IMG/VR virus record: IMGVR_UViG_2681813271_000013
Length of the DNA stretch: 8,511 nt
Source: a virus
Lineage: Duplodnaviria; Heunggongvirae; Uroviricota; Caudoviricetes
Reading direction: 5' to 3' (one strand)
Shown: positions 8,444-8,511 of the stretch, in pieces
Layout: every line of letters begins with the position of its first letter
Position numbering within the stretch: the stretch's first letter is position 1
Notes under the pieces: model-generated
What the model saw: the letters and a program-made list of their open reading frames with translations, nothing else
Told to the model about the DNA's origin: nothing
The model's database searches: none
Translations under genes and position numbers: made by a program

Positions 8444-8511
8444 AGTACATAAACGTACAAAATGTGATGAAAGTAGAGTGGCGTAAGCCACTATATTAAG
8501 ATATGACAATA

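Noticed and set aside
8425-8499. 24-codon ORF MKELHGEYINVQNVMKVEWRKPLY
   Set aside because: No RBS, the start codon lies inside the terminator hairpin stem, and it is too short to support without conservation data.

Overview
This window is the tail-fibre end of a lambda-like (lambdoid) prophage late operon, all on the + strand: the 3' end of J, the outer-membrane moron lom, a long repetitive side-tail-fibre gene stf, and a frameshifted tail-fibre-assembly gene tfa, followed by an AT-rich boundary. Between lom and stf sits a second, divergent module: an stf N-terminal fragment fused in frame to a second, truncated lom copy. The window contains three N-runs (78, 193 and 426 nt) and three single N's, each sitting at a junction between repeated or alternative sequence. 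The assembly of this locus is therefore unresolved and looks partly chimeric between at least two related tail-fibre loci. I see no CRISPR array, RNA gene, transposase or recognisable defence system. The points worth a second look are the stf-lom module duplication, the two Lom alleles differing in a localized patch, the unresolved stf repeat array, a Cys-containing domain between the stf shaft and tip, and the broken tfa. Most other ORFs in the six-frame track are off-frame or antisense readings of the GC-rich stf repeats. All homology statements are from memory of lambda J, Lom, Stf and Tfa and E. coli cryptic-prophage tail fibres; no search was run.
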